DNA of 64,000 nucleotides. It comes from Rikenellaceae bacterium. Lineage in GTDB: Bacteria; Bacteroidota; Bacteroidia; Bacteroidales; Rikenellaceae. How positions within the stretch are numbered: the stretch's first letter is position 1; each line of letters begins with the position of its first letter. The translations under genes were made by a program, and so were the position numbers. The notes under the pieces are model-generated. The model saw only the letters and a list, made by a program, of their open reading frames with translations. It made no database searches and had not been told where the DNA came from. Where the stretch lies: assembly GCA_047173105.1 (NCBI GenBank), contig JBCQVM010000005.1:2863-66862 (forward strand). Direction: 5' to 3'. This document shows positions 20,968 to 30,473 of the stretch, in pieces.

Positions 20968-22047
20968 TTACTTCGAATACTCAACGACAAAAGCGTCAGA
21001 AAATTCTTTGCGAACCTTTTTTAGCTCCTCATTAGCTTGCTGGCGGCTTTCGAATCGCCCGATGCAATACTTGTACTTGAAGCTGCCTTGAGCCTCGAAG
21101 TACCACGCCTTATTGCGATATGATTTGAACTGTGAGTCGTTTGATTTAAGAACCTTGCCCGATGAGAGGATCTGAATTGTGTAGCCCTTCTCGCTGCCAC
21201 TTGTCGCCTTGGGAGCAGACTTGGGAGCGGGCTCAGGAGCGGCGGATTTGTTGGCCTCGAGAGTACCATTGACCATCGTGACATAATCCTTGATGCCTTC
21301 GTAGATCGACTGTGCGATCTCCTCCTGCCCCTTCTTGGAGGTCATATAGGCGAACTCCGTGGGGTTAGTCATAAAGCCAATCTCGGTGAGCACCGAGGGC
21401 ATATCCACCCCATAGAGCACCATGAGCAGCTGTTGGCGCTCACCGCGCAGTGAGCGACCATAGGTACCATAATTCTTCTGGATCGAGCGCGCCAACGCCT
21501 TGCTATATTCGCCATAGGTGAATTGGAGGTTCTGGATATATGCCCTAACAATGGCCGCAGTCTTTTCGTCCGACATATCGACCAGATCCTCACGGTTGTT
21601 GGCATATATCACCGCATCGCTGCGCTGCTGCTCCAGCGAGCTCTCACCCATGGTGATTGTCTCGACACCCTTGGCCGAGGCATTAGAGGCGGCATTAGCA
21701 TGGATCGAGACAAACAAGTCACCCTTAGCCTCGTTGGCAAGAGCTGTGCGAGCTCGTAGATCCTCTGCGACCGTTCGACCCAATGCTTTGTCGGTTGTGC
21801 GGGTGTATACCACCTTGATTCCCTTGAGGTTCTGCTCGATTAGCTCACCCACTCTCAGACCGATCGGCAAGACTATCTCCTTCTCCATTTTGCCATGGTA
21901 GGTAGCACCCGGCGAGATCGCCCCACCATGCCCCGGGTCGACAACGATAACTCTCACCCCCTGAGCAATAAGCTCGAGTTGTGTACCGTTAACCATAATA
22001 AGGGTTAATAGTAGCGTTAATAGTGAGAAAAATTTACATGTTTTCAA
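20968..22047 (-). CDS. N-acetylmuramoyl-L-alanine amidase with C-terminal SPOR domain
   Basis: 359 aa. Amidase_3 motifs (VVDPGHGG, SIHANA, E.GF..N), a linker, then a SPOR-like segment GYTIQILSS...YKYCIGRF. Confidence 0.88.
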   Translation of the reverse strand: MKTCKFFSLLTLLLTLIMVNGTQLELIAQGVRVIVVDPGHGGAISPGATYHGKMEKEIVLPIGLRVGELIEQNLKGIKVVYTRTTDKALGRTVAEDLRARTALANEAKGDLFVSIHANAASNASAKGVETITMGESSLEQQRSDAVIYANNREDLVDMSDEKTAAIVRAYIQNLQFTYGEYSKALARSIQKNYGTYGRSLRGERQQLLMVLYGVDMPSVLTEIGFMTNPTEFAYMTSKKGQEEIAQSIYEGIKDYVTMVNGTLEANKSAAPEPAPKSAPKATSGSEKGYTIQILSSGKVLKSNDSQFKSYRNKAWYFEAQGSFKYKYCIGRFESRQQANEELKKVRKEFSDAFVVEYSK

Positions 22048-22116
22048 GGTTGAAACAGGGGTTTATGCGTTTTTTTAACTATATTTGCCGGATGTTATAA
22101 CTTCCTTGGGGGCTCA

Positions 22117-24951
22117 ATGGAGGCACCCCGAGGAGCTTTTGCCGACTTGTCGGCAAAGGTACAATTTTTTTTTGATATTTTGGGAATAAAAAGAGTAAAA
22201 TATATTATTTCGTTAGTGCTCGTAGCACTATCGGTTGAGTTGGTTTTTGGCCTGACGCGCCAAACTGCTCTCGTGCAGCAGCCCGTGGAGGTTGTGGGCG
22301 CGGATAGTTCCGTGCGTAGTAGAGTTCTGCCGGACTCCTCCGCGCGCGCTTCGCGTCCACCTGTGGCTCCACTCATTATCGACTCGATGGGCATGGTGAT
22401 TCCCCCTGCCGATAGTCTCGCCATGGATAGCCTCGCCATGGATAGCCTGCCACCTCCGCCGCGCAGCAACAGCGCCGGCTTCTTGGATGATATCCTCACC
22501 GGAAAGAACACCGACTCGCTCTTCTACGATGTGCGCGAGCGTAAAGTCTATATCTACGACGAGGGCGACGTAAACTATCAAGGCAAGCAACTCCAAGCCG
22601 ACTTTATGCGTATCGACATGAACACCCGCGAGGTCTACGCCTACGGAAAGTACGACACAATAAATGGCGAGCCTACCGTAGTCAAGCCAATCTTCAACGA
22701 CAATGGCACCTCGTTCACCATGGACACCATCAACTACAACCTCAAAACGGGCAAAGCAAAACTATTCCAAGTAGCTACACAAGAGGGCGATGGATGGCTC
22801 ATAGGTAACCACGTCAAGAAGATGCCCGACAATGCAATCAATATCTTGGGCGGTAAGTATACCACCTGCGAGAATACCGACCACCCACACTTCTATTTGG
22901 CGATGACCCAAGCTAAGATGATCCCCGGCAAGAAGGTGATCACGGGCCCGGCCTATATGGTTTTGGAGGATGTACCACTCTTCCCGCTCGTTATCCCCGA
23001 AGCATTCTTCCCCATCACCAGTGGTGCTCAGTCGGGAATCTTGATGCCGACCTATGGCGAGGATGGAACCAAGGGTTTCTTCTTGCGCGATATGGGATAC
23101 TACTTCACCTTTGGCGAATATTTCGACTTGACACTGTTGGGAGGCTACTATACCTATGGTTCGTGGGAGGCTTCGGCCTCGTCGCGATACGTGAAGCGAT
23201 ATAAATATTCTGGAAATTTCTCGCTCGACTACGCCAGCACGGTGCTCAACGAGAAGGGCGATGATGACTACACCAAGTCCAACAACGTCAGCATAGTATG
23301 GTCGCACTCCCAAGATGCTAAGGCCAATCCCGGCTCGACATTCTCCGCCTCGGTTAACTTCAAGACCAGTGGCTATAGTAAATATTCGGCTACTACTTTG
23401 AGCGATATCCTTAGCTCGCAGACCAACTCCTCGATCTCGTACTCTAAGTCGTGGACAAACGTTTCGCTATCCTCGAGCCTTTCGCTCTCGCAGAACTCCC
23501 AGACCGAGGCGATCTCGGCGACTCTGCCAACGGTGGTTCTATCGGTGTCGAAGTTCTATCCCTTTAAGCGCAGCAATGCTATCGGCTCGTCGAAGTGGTA
23601 CGAAAATATCTCGGCAACATATTCCGGTAAGATGACCAACAGTATATCGACCACCGAGTCGGAGTTCTTCACCACGCAGACACTCAAGGACATGACCAAT
23701 GGTGTACAGCACTCTATCCCTGTCTCGGCATCGTTCAAGCTACTTAACTATATCGACATCTCGCCCTCGGTGAGTTATACGGAGCGCTGGTACTTCAAGG
23801 AGGAGATGCGCGAATGGAACCCCACAACCAACGAGGTGGAGTACCTCGATCCCAACTATGGTTTCTATCGCCTCTACAACTACAGCACCTCGGTGAGTGC
23901 CTCGACCACAGTCTACGGAACCTTCCAAAATAAGAAGAGTACCGGCAAGCTACAGGCCGTGCGCCACACCCTCACCCCAACCTTTGGTTTCTCCTACTCA
24001 CCCGACTTTAGTGACCAGAAATATGGCTACTACGATGTGGTGCAGAGCGACTCCTTGGGAGGTTACACAACCTATTCACCCTATTCGAACAACTCCTATG
24101 GTGTGCCCAGTTCGGGTCAATCGCTCTCGATGAACTTCGGTTTGAGCCAGAGCCTCGAGATCAAGGTGGCCTCCAAGCGCGACACCTCGGGTGTGAAGAA
24201 GGTCAAGCTAATCGACAACTTTAGTGTTAGCGGCTCTTATAACTTCTTGGCCGACTCTATGCGCTTCTCGCTCAATACCGTGAAGCTCACCTCGACAATC
24301 TCGAATAACTTTGGTATCAACCTCTCGCTGGGCATCGACCCCTATAAGGTTTCGCCCGAGGGTGTTCGCTACGACGAGCTCTTCTTCCCGGGTCGCTTGA
24401 CCTCGACAAGTTGGTCGTTTGGTTATACCTTCAAATCGGCGCAGAACTCTAATAGCGGCGGCGGACAGGGCGGCGGTCGAGCTATTAACGACATCAACCA
24501 AGTACCACCCGAGTTCCAGAACCCATTCTACGACCCCTACGGTACGATGGATCCCACGCTGCGACGGCAATATATGGCCGACACCTACTACGACTTCTCA
24601 CTACCGTGGAACTTCGGATTTAACTATAGCATAAGTTATAGCGTAAGCTATGTAGATAATGGTACCACGGGTTATACCCCGAACATCACTCAAACGGTCG
24701 GCTTCAATGGCTCTGCGACGCTAACCGATAAGATGGGAGCCACCTTCACGGGTAGTTACGATATTGTCAATAACGCAATATCGGGAACCTCGATCTCGAT
24801 GACGCGCGATCTGCACTGTTGGCAGATGTCGTTCTCGTGGTATCCGTTAGGTTACTACAAGAGTTGGAGCTTCAATATTGGCGTTAAGGCAGCTTCACTC
24901 GCCGATATTAAGTATGACAAGAGTCAGAGTATGTACGATAATATGTATTAA
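22117..24951 (+). CDS. LptD/OstA-like outer-membrane LPS assembly protein (Bacteroidota type)
   Basis: 944 aa. N-terminal anchor, OstA-like region, then a long Ser/Tyr/Thr-rich beta-barrel ending in an aromatic residue. The start codon is uncertain. Confidence 0.75.
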   Translation: MEAPRGAFADLSAKVQFFFDILGIKRVKYIISLVLVALSVELVFGLTRQTALVQQPVEVVGADSSVRSRVLPDSSARASRPPVAPLIIDSMGMVIPPADSLAMDSLAMDSLPPPPRSNSAGFLDDILTGKNTDSLFYDVRERKVYIYDEGDVNYQGKQLQADFMRIDMNTREVYAYGKYDTINGEPTVVKPIFNDNGTSFTMDTINYNLKTGKAKLFQVATQEGDGWLIGNHVKKMPDNAINILGGKYTTCENTDHPHFYLAMTQAKMIPGKKVITGPAYMVLEDVPLFPLVIPEAFFPITSGAQSGILMPTYGEDGTKGFFLRDMGYYFTFGEYFDLTLLGGYYTYGSWEASASSRYVKRYKYSGNFSLDYASTVLNEKGDDDYTKSNNVSIVWSHSQDAKANPGSTFSASVNFKTSGYSKYSATTLSDILSSQTNSSISYSKSWTNVSLSSSLSLSQNSQTEAISATLPTVVLSVSKFYPFKRSNAIGSSKWYENISATYSGKMTNSISTTESEFFTTQTLKDMTNGVQHSIPVSASFKLLNYIDISPSVSYTERWYFKEEMREWNPTTNEVEYLDPNYGFYRLYNYSTSVSASTTVYGTFQNKKSTGKLQAVRHTLTPTFGFSYSPDFSDQKYGYYDVVQSDSLGGYTTYSPYSNNSYGVPSSGQSLSMNFGLSQSLEIKVASKRDTSGVKKVKLIDNFSVSGSYNFLADSMRFSLNTVKLTSTISNNFGINLSLGIDPYKVSPEGVRYDELFFPGRLTSTSWSFGYTFKSAQNSNSGGGQGGGRAINDINQVPPEFQNPFYDPYGTMDPTLRRQYMADTYYDFSLPWNFGFNYSISYSVSYVDNGTTGYTPNITQTVGFNGSATLTDKMGATFTGSYDIVNNAISGTSISMTRDLHCWQMSFSWYPLGYYKSWSFNIGVKAASLADIKYDKSQSMYDNMY

Positions 24952-24996
24952 CAATTCGAGCAACAAAGCTTGTGATAAAATGCAAACCAGAAAACT

Positions 24997-25134
24997 ACGT
25001 CATTCCCGTGAAAACGGGAATCTTAAAACTTCTATAAGTCGACCGAAATTAAGATCCCCGCTTTCGCGAGGATGACGGGAATAGGGAAAAGCGAGGATGA
25101 CGGGAATAGGGAAAAGCGAAGATGACGGGAATGG
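24997..25134. repeat. family-A element followed by 25-bp x2.5 tandem copies of its right terminus
   Basis: ACGTCATTCCCGTGAAAACGGGAATCTTA ... TTAAGATCCCCGCTTTC, then GCGAGGATGACGGGAATAGGGAAAA x2 plus a partial copy. Confidence 0.85.
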
Positions 25135-25190
25135 AAAAAATCTATTTTGGCCAAATTTGATTTTTATAGAGCAAACTTAAAGATAATACA

Positions 25191-26918
25191 ATGAGTCAGT
25201 TAAGAGAGGTTACACCAGACGAAATTAAGGCACTTGCGCAGAGGAGCTGCTATGCCGAGGATTGGAGTCGAGTGCGCGTTGCCCACTGTTTCGATGTGGC
25301 ACAGCTCTCGATGAGTCGCTTTGGCGGCGATGTGGAGCTGCATGCCGGCGTGCAGGTGCATAACTCAACTGTTATCAACTATCGCCTCTTGGAGGGCTCG
25401 CGCGTGGAGCGCACTGCGATTTTGGAGTGCCGCGGCCAGAGCAGCTTCGGCAATGGGGTGAGTGTGGCTTCGCTCAATGAGTGTGGCGGCCGCTCGGTCA
25501 AAATACATGAGTTGCTCACCTCGCAGGTAGCCTACATCGCGACCGTTTATCGTCATCGCCCACAGCTTATCGCTCGCATCGAGGCTATGGCAGATAGCTT
25601 CGCCGACGCTCGACGCTCAACGATGGGCAGCGTGGGGCGTGGATCGACAATCCTTGGGGCGGGAGTTATCCGCAATCTGTGGGTCGATGACTCCGTGACT
25701 ATCGAGGGCTCGTCGGCTATCAGCAATGGCACGATCCTCGCGGGAGGGTACTTTGGAGCAGATGTCAAGGCGCACGACTTTATCGCTGTCGAGGGGGCGA
25801 GGGTCGATAATGGAGCACTTGTGGAGCGCTGTTTCGTGGGCGAGAATGTGATCCTCTCCAACGGCTTTACTGCGGTGGACTCACTCTTTTTTGCCTCGTC
25901 GCACTGCGAGAATGGCGAGGCGGTCTCGACCTTTGCCGGAGCTTGCACCGTGTCGCACCACAAATCCTCACTGCTCATCGCCGGCATGTTCTCGTTCTTC
26001 AACGCTGGCAGTGGAGCCAACCAGAGCAACCACCTATTTAAGTGTGGCCCAGTTCACCAAGGGGTCAACCTGCGCGGCTGCAAGTTCGGCAGCTCGGCCT
26101 ATGTGATGCTTCCGGCAGTCAATGGTGCCTACACTTCGATGTTGGGTAGTCACAATTCGCACCACGACACCACCAACTTCCCATTCTCTTACCTTGTCAA
26201 CAAGGAGGGGCGTTCGACACTTATTCCAGCGGCAAACATCGCCACAAGCGGATATATGCGAGACATCAAGAAATGGGTGGCACGCGACAAGCGCCGCCTA
26301 AAGCGCGATACGATCAACTTCGAGGAGCATAATCCCTATATCGCGGGAATGGTAATCGAGGCTATTAATACTACCAATTCGCTCTTGGATAAGAACCCCG
26401 ATGCGCCAATCTACATCTATAACAATATGCAGATCAGCGGCAAGAACCTCAATCGAGGTTTGACGCTCTATAATAAATTTATTGCTGGCTCATTGGGAGC
26501 GATGCTCAGTTACGGTGACTCTTCGCGCGAGGGTGAAGGGCGCTGCCGTTGGGTCGACCTCGGTGGTCAGTATATCACCAAAAGAGCCTTGGAGGCTATC
26601 TTGGTGCGCATTGAGTCGGGCGTAATTAGCGAATTGCAGGACATCGACCGCGAGCTGCGCGACTTCGCCACATCGTTCGAGGCATACGCCTACGACTGGG
26701 CTCTGGGGATTCTCACAGAGCTATTAGGAGACGAGCCAAGCGCAGAGCAGATCGCCCAAACGATCGAAGCAGCGCAGAGAAGCCGAAGCGAAATCGAGGC
26801 GATGGCGGCGGCCGATATGGCTCGCGACACCTCCGAGGCGATGGAGGTGAGCTACGGCATTGACAGCGAGGAGAAGTCCGAGAGACACGCCGACTTCAAT
26901 GCCGTGAGGGGGCTATAA
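25191..26918 (+). CDS. DUF4954-family protein (left-handed beta-helix, function unknown)
   Basis: 575 aa. Hexapeptide-like repeats and the conserved SHHKSSLLIAGMFSFFNAGS core, which I recall from Bacteroidota DUF4954 proteins. Confidence 0.7.
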   Translation: MSQLREVTPDEIKALAQRSCYAEDWSRVRVAHCFDVAQLSMSRFGGDVELHAGVQVHNSTVINYRLLEGSRVERTAILECRGQSSFGNGVSVASLNECGGRSVKIHELLTSQVAYIATVYRHRPQLIARIEAMADSFADARRSTMGSVGRGSTILGAGVIRNLWVDDSVTIEGSSAISNGTILAGGYFGADVKAHDFIAVEGARVDNGALVERCFVGENVILSNGFTAVDSLFFASSHCENGEAVSTFAGACTVSHHKSSLLIAGMFSFFNAGSGANQSNHLFKCGPVHQGVNLRGCKFGSSAYVMLPAVNGAYTSMLGSHNSHHDTTNFPFSYLVNKEGRSTLIPAANIATSGYMRDIKKWVARDKRRLKRDTINFEEHNPYIAGMVIEAINTTNSLLDKNPDAPIYIYNNMQISGKNLNRGLTLYNKFIAGSLGAMLSYGDSSREGEGRCRWVDLGGQYITKRALEAILVRIESGVISELQDIDRELRDFATSFEAYAYDWALGILTELLGDEPSAEQIAQTIEAAQRSRSEIEAMAAADMARDTSEAMEVSYGIDSEEKSERHADFNAVRGL

Positions 26919-26955
26919 CAGTCTGGTATTGACAATTTAAAAAATAATCTTATAT

Positions 26956-27819
26956 ATGTATGTAAAGAGTATTACTCGCAAAAGTAGGACTCTCTTCGTG
27001 GTAACCATCGACCAATCGGGATCGATGGCAGGCGAAGTAACAATAGCTGCGCGCACCTTGTCCAAGGCGGAGATTGTAGCCGAGGTCACCAACGACCTTT
27101 TGGCGGAGTTGGTCGAGCGAGCTCGTCGTGGTGATGGTGTGCGCGACTACTACGATGTAGCGATCATTGGCTATTCGGGCGAGGGCGTGCGTTCACTGCT
27201 TAGTGACGATCGCCCATGGATGCCTATCACGGAGTTGGATGCCGCCTGCATCGAGGAGTGCAACGTAGATAGAGAGTGTGTAGACGAGAATGGCGAGCCT
27301 CGTATCGTCAACCACTTCACTCGTCGCTGGATTAAGGCAGTGGCAACTGGCTTGACTCCGATGTATGAGGCGCTACTTATGGCGCATGAGATCGTCGAGG
27401 CGTGGTGTGAGATGGAGGAGAATCGCGAGAGCTTTCCGCCGCAGATCTTCAATATCACCGATGGCGAATCGACCGACGGCGACTATGTCGACATCTCGGA
27501 GATCGCCTCACGGATCAAGTCGTGCACCACTCGCGATGGAGCTGCACTGCTCTACAATATTCATATTGCCTCACAGCCATACCGACCCTCGCTAATCTTT
27601 CCCTCGCCACTCGAGGTGGATCAATGGAGAGACTGCTCGGCGGCGATGCTATCACTCTATAATTCGGCAAGCGACATGCCACAACTCTTCGAGAGAGCTA
27701 TAATGCGACTCAAGGGCGAGAAGAGCCTCTCCCGCTACAAAGCTATGAGCTACAATGCCTCGGTGGCCGAACTAATCACCATCCTCAACATTGGCTCAAT
27801 CAGCGTAAAGAGAGCATAG
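26956..27819 (+). CDS. cytoplasmic vWA domain protein, TerY-like
   Basis: 287 aa. Complete MIDAS (DQSGSM ... TGLTPMY ... NITDGESTD). No signal peptide or TM helix. Confidence 0.8.
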   Translation: MYVKSITRKSRTLFVVTIDQSGSMAGEVTIAARTLSKAEIVAEVTNDLLAELVERARRGDGVRDYYDVAIIGYSGEGVRSLLSDDRPWMPITELDAACIEECNVDRECVDENGEPRIVNHFTRRWIKAVATGLTPMYEALLMAHEIVEAWCEMEENRESFPPQIFNITDGESTDGDYVDISEIASRIKSCTTRDGAALLYNIHIASQPYRPSLIFPSPLEVDQWRDCSAAMLSLYNSASDMPQLFERAIMRLKGEKSLSRYKAMSYNASVAELITILNIGSISVKRA

Positions 27820-27821
27820 CG

Positions 27822-28778
27822 ATGGCAGCGACGATCAACAACTTTATCTCGACTCTTAGCTCACCGGCCAAGAGTCTAAAGAGCCTCGGTGCAATCACCA
27901 TGCAGCGCGACCCTACGGGCAGCGTGGCAGTGAGCCGCACGACCTATTTCGCCGAAGTACGCGTGGAGTTCAACTCACGCAGCTACCTACTCTCAATGCC
28001 TCTTTGCTCGCAGGGTGCCGATATGGCTCGACGCGTGGCAATTGCTTTGCGGCAGCTACGTTCGACTATGGTGTTGGAGTATCGAGTATTGGAGGATGAG
28101 CTTTCGTATATCAGTAGCAGAGGTGTTTTGATGCATGAGGACCTGCTATTAGCAGAACTTCCCGCGGGTGCAAAGCCCCTCGCCGAGATGATCGGATCAC
28201 TCGACCCCAACACCCTTTTTTCGTCAATTAACCAGATGCAGGCGGAGTTTACTCGCCTTGAGTTGGTGCACTCCAACCTTAAGGTCGATAATATCATGGT
28301 GGACAACGCTATGCGCCTCTACCCTATCCATCTACACTACGCCTCAGTAGGTGGCGACTGCTCGGAAGAGTTCGACGCCTTGCGTTGCGAGATCTGCGCA
28401 ACATTGGGCATCGAGAACCCAATAGCGACCTATAGTAGCGCAATAGAGGCTCCCAAGAATGCTCTATACGGCTATCTCTCGGTGGGCAACCCCTTCGAGG
28501 GGATGTGCGTAGCGGAGAGCGATGAGGGTTACGGATATATCGGCACCTCGGGCGAGGAGATTATCGCCCCACAATACCTATGGGCAGGCGATATGCGAGA
28601 GGGTCGTGCCGAGGTGGAGACCACCACCGGAATGGGACTTATCGACGCCACAGGCAACTACATCGTAGAACCCCACTTCCAGATCGTCGAATTTGAACCA
28701 CACACAACCCTAACCCGTGCCAAAAGCAAAGATGGCAAGTGGGTAACATTCAACTACAACGGCCAAATAGTAAATTAA
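27822..28778 (+). CDS. degenerate protein-kinase-like domain fused to WG-containing repeats
   Basis: 318 aa. Starts 2 nt after the vWA stop. Catalytic-loop-like LVHSNLKVDNIMVD (HRD to HSN), no DFG (LYPIHLHYAS), no Gly loop or VAIK Lys. C-terminal YGYI...G..I..P.Y repeats of the WG/KWG type. Confidence 0.55.
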   Translation: MAATINNFISTLSSPAKSLKSLGAITMQRDPTGSVAVSRTTYFAEVRVEFNSRSYLLSMPLCSQGADMARRVAIALRQLRSTMVLEYRVLEDELSYISSRGVLMHEDLLLAELPAGAKPLAEMIGSLDPNTLFSSINQMQAEFTRLELVHSNLKVDNIMVDNAMRLYPIHLHYASVGGDCSEEFDALRCEICATLGIENPIATYSSAIEAPKNALYGYLSVGNPFEGMCVAESDEGYGYIGTSGEEIIAPQYLWAGDMREGRAEVETTTGMGLIDATGNYIVEPHFQIVEFEPHTTLTRAKSKDGKWVTFNYNGQIVN

Positions 28779-28832
28779 CGCCATGCGAGGATGGCACAAG
28801 GGGTTTTCTTTTTTCCATTTTCCTAACTAAGC

Positions 28833-28916
28833 ACGTCATTCCCGTGAAAACGGGAATCTTATACAAACGCAACCAATACAAATAAATTAAGATTCCCGAT
28901 CAAGTCGGGAATGACA
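28833..28916. repeat. family-A element, complete, forward orientation
   Basis: ACGTCATTCCCGTGAAAACGGGAATCTTA TACAAACGCAA ... TTAAGATTCCCGATCAAGTCGGGAATGACA. Confidence 0.88.
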
Positions 28917-29011
28917 TATCAGATTTGAGTCAAAACCACAAAACCGCAAAAGAAATCCCAAATTTTGCATTCTGCATTAAATTTACTATCTTTACACAAA
29001 ATTATCAAAAA

Positions 29012-30469
29012 ATGAGCTGTAACTGTAAAAACAGACCCAATATAGGACGAGGAGTAATATTCTGCAATTGCGAATCGCAACCCACTGCAATCGCGCACGA
29101 GGAGTGCTACAAGCACCACGAGAGCGACTGGTTGGCTGCATACCCCAACAACCTACCCACCGACATTGTCGAGGTACGATTCAAGAACACGCGTCGTTCA
29201 TTCTTCCAGAATGCCAATGGTTTAGACCTCAAAGTTGGCGACATAGTAGCGGTGGAATCGTCGCCGGGTCACGACATAGGCACCGTCTCGTTGATGGGCG
29301 ATATGGTGGCACGCCAGATCAAACGCACGGGCTTCAACCCCTACAATGGCGAATTCAAAAAGATCTACCGCAAGGCTAAGCCCTACGATATTGAGAAGTG
29401 GCAGGAGGCTATATCACTCGAACACGAGACGATGATCGCCTCGCGCCAGATTGCTGCCGAAATGGGGCTCAATATGAAGATTGGCGATGTGGAGTACCAA
29501 GGAGACCGCATCAAGGCTATCTTCTACTACATTGCAGATGAGCGTGTTGACTTCCGCGAGCTAATCAAAGTCTTTGCCGAGAGGTTCCATATCCGCATCG
29601 AGATGAAGCAGATTGGAGCACGTCAAGAGGCGGGACAGATTGGCGGCATCGGCCCCTGTGGCAGGGAGCTTTGCTGTTCGGCTTGGATGTCGAACTTCAC
29701 GAGCGTCACCACCAATGCAGCTCGCATGCAGGAGATCTCGCTCAACCCACAAAAGCTTATTGGTCAGTGCTCTAAGCTCAAGTGCTGCATGATGTACGAA
29801 TACGACACCTATGCCGATGCTCGCAAGGAGTTCCCTCGTTTGCGCGAACCTTTGCAGGCGCTCGATGGCGAATACTACCTTATCAAGAACGATATCTTGG
29901 CTCGCACGATGTCGTTCAGCAGCAGTAAGGATGCTATTGTCAATATGATAACCCTACCCGTTTCGCGCGTGTGGGAGATTATCAATATCAATAAAACTGG
30001 CAAGAAAGTAGATCAACTCCAGCGCGAGGAGGATATCCCTAAACCCTCTGAGGAACCTAAGTTCTGCTCGACCGAGGATAGTATCACTCGCTTCGACTCC
30101 TCGAAGTCGCAGCGCTCAGGTCGTGGTGGTCGTGGTAGTCGCAACCGCCGCTCGGCAGATGGCAACAACAACCGCCGTCGCGAGGGAGGAGAAAGAGGTG
30201 AGAGAGGTGATAATAACCGCGAGGCCAAAGCCCCAGAACGCAAAGAGGGTCAAGGAGAACAACCCCAAGCAAAAGCTCAACCACAAGAGCGCAAGGAGGG
30301 ACAAACTCAAAGCCAAAACCAAGGTCAACGTCGCAACAACAATAACCGCAATCGCAATCGCCGCCCACGCCAAGCAGGTGCTGAGGGAGGCAACAACGGT
30401 GGTGGCAACAACGGTGGCAACCAGAATAATAACAAACCCGCACCAACCCAAGGAGCCAAAAAGGAGTAG
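29012..30469 (+). CDS. PSP1 domain protein (RicT/YaaT-like) with long Arg/Gly/Asn/Gln-rich C-terminal tail
   Basis: The ORF track starts at 28925, inside a repeat element. I prefer the ATG at 29012 (MSCNCKN...). PSP1 core with Cys cluster GPCGRELCCS...KLKCC. Confidence 0.85.
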   Translation: MSCNCKNRPNIGRGVIFCNCESQPTAIAHEECYKHHESDWLAAYPNNLPTDIVEVRFKNTRRSFFQNANGLDLKVGDIVAVESSPGHDIGTVSLMGDMVARQIKRTGFNPYNGEFKKIYRKAKPYDIEKWQEAISLEHETMIASRQIAAEMGLNMKIGDVEYQGDRIKAIFYYIADERVDFRELIKVFAERFHIRIEMKQIGARQEAGQIGGIGPCGRELCCSAWMSNFTSVTTNAARMQEISLNPQKLIGQCSKLKCCMMYEYDTYADARKEFPRLREPLQALDGEYYLIKNDILARTMSFSSSKDAIVNMITLPVSRVWEIININKTGKKVDQLQREEDIPKPSEEPKFCSTEDSITRFDSSKSQRSGRGGRGSRNRRSADGNNNRRREGGERGERGDNNREAKAPERKEGQGEQPQAKAQPQERKEGQTQSQNQGQRRNNNNRNRNRRPRQAGAEGGNNGGGNNGGNQNNNKPAPTQGAKKE

Positions 30470-30473
30470 AGCC

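Noticed and set aside
22095-22511. 138-aa and 122-aa minus-strand ORFs at the 5' end of the LptD-like gene.
   Set aside because: They are antisense to or overlapping the LptD-like ORF and the promoter region, they contain the mirrored 15-bp repeat, and there is no independent support.
28790-28812. Possible sigma-54 promoter (TGGCAC-N5-...) given rpoN in the window.
   Set aside because: TGGCACAAGGGGTTTTC lacks the -12 TTGC element. No convincing GG-N10-GC promoter was seen in any intergenic region.
28925-29011. N-terminal extensions in the ORF track for PSP1. The same applies to glsA (46408-46479), ruvA, coaX, rng, hup, ompH and the permease.
   Set aside because: The extensions read into repeat elements or promoter regions or overlap neighbours. 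Internal ATGs give canonical N-termini.
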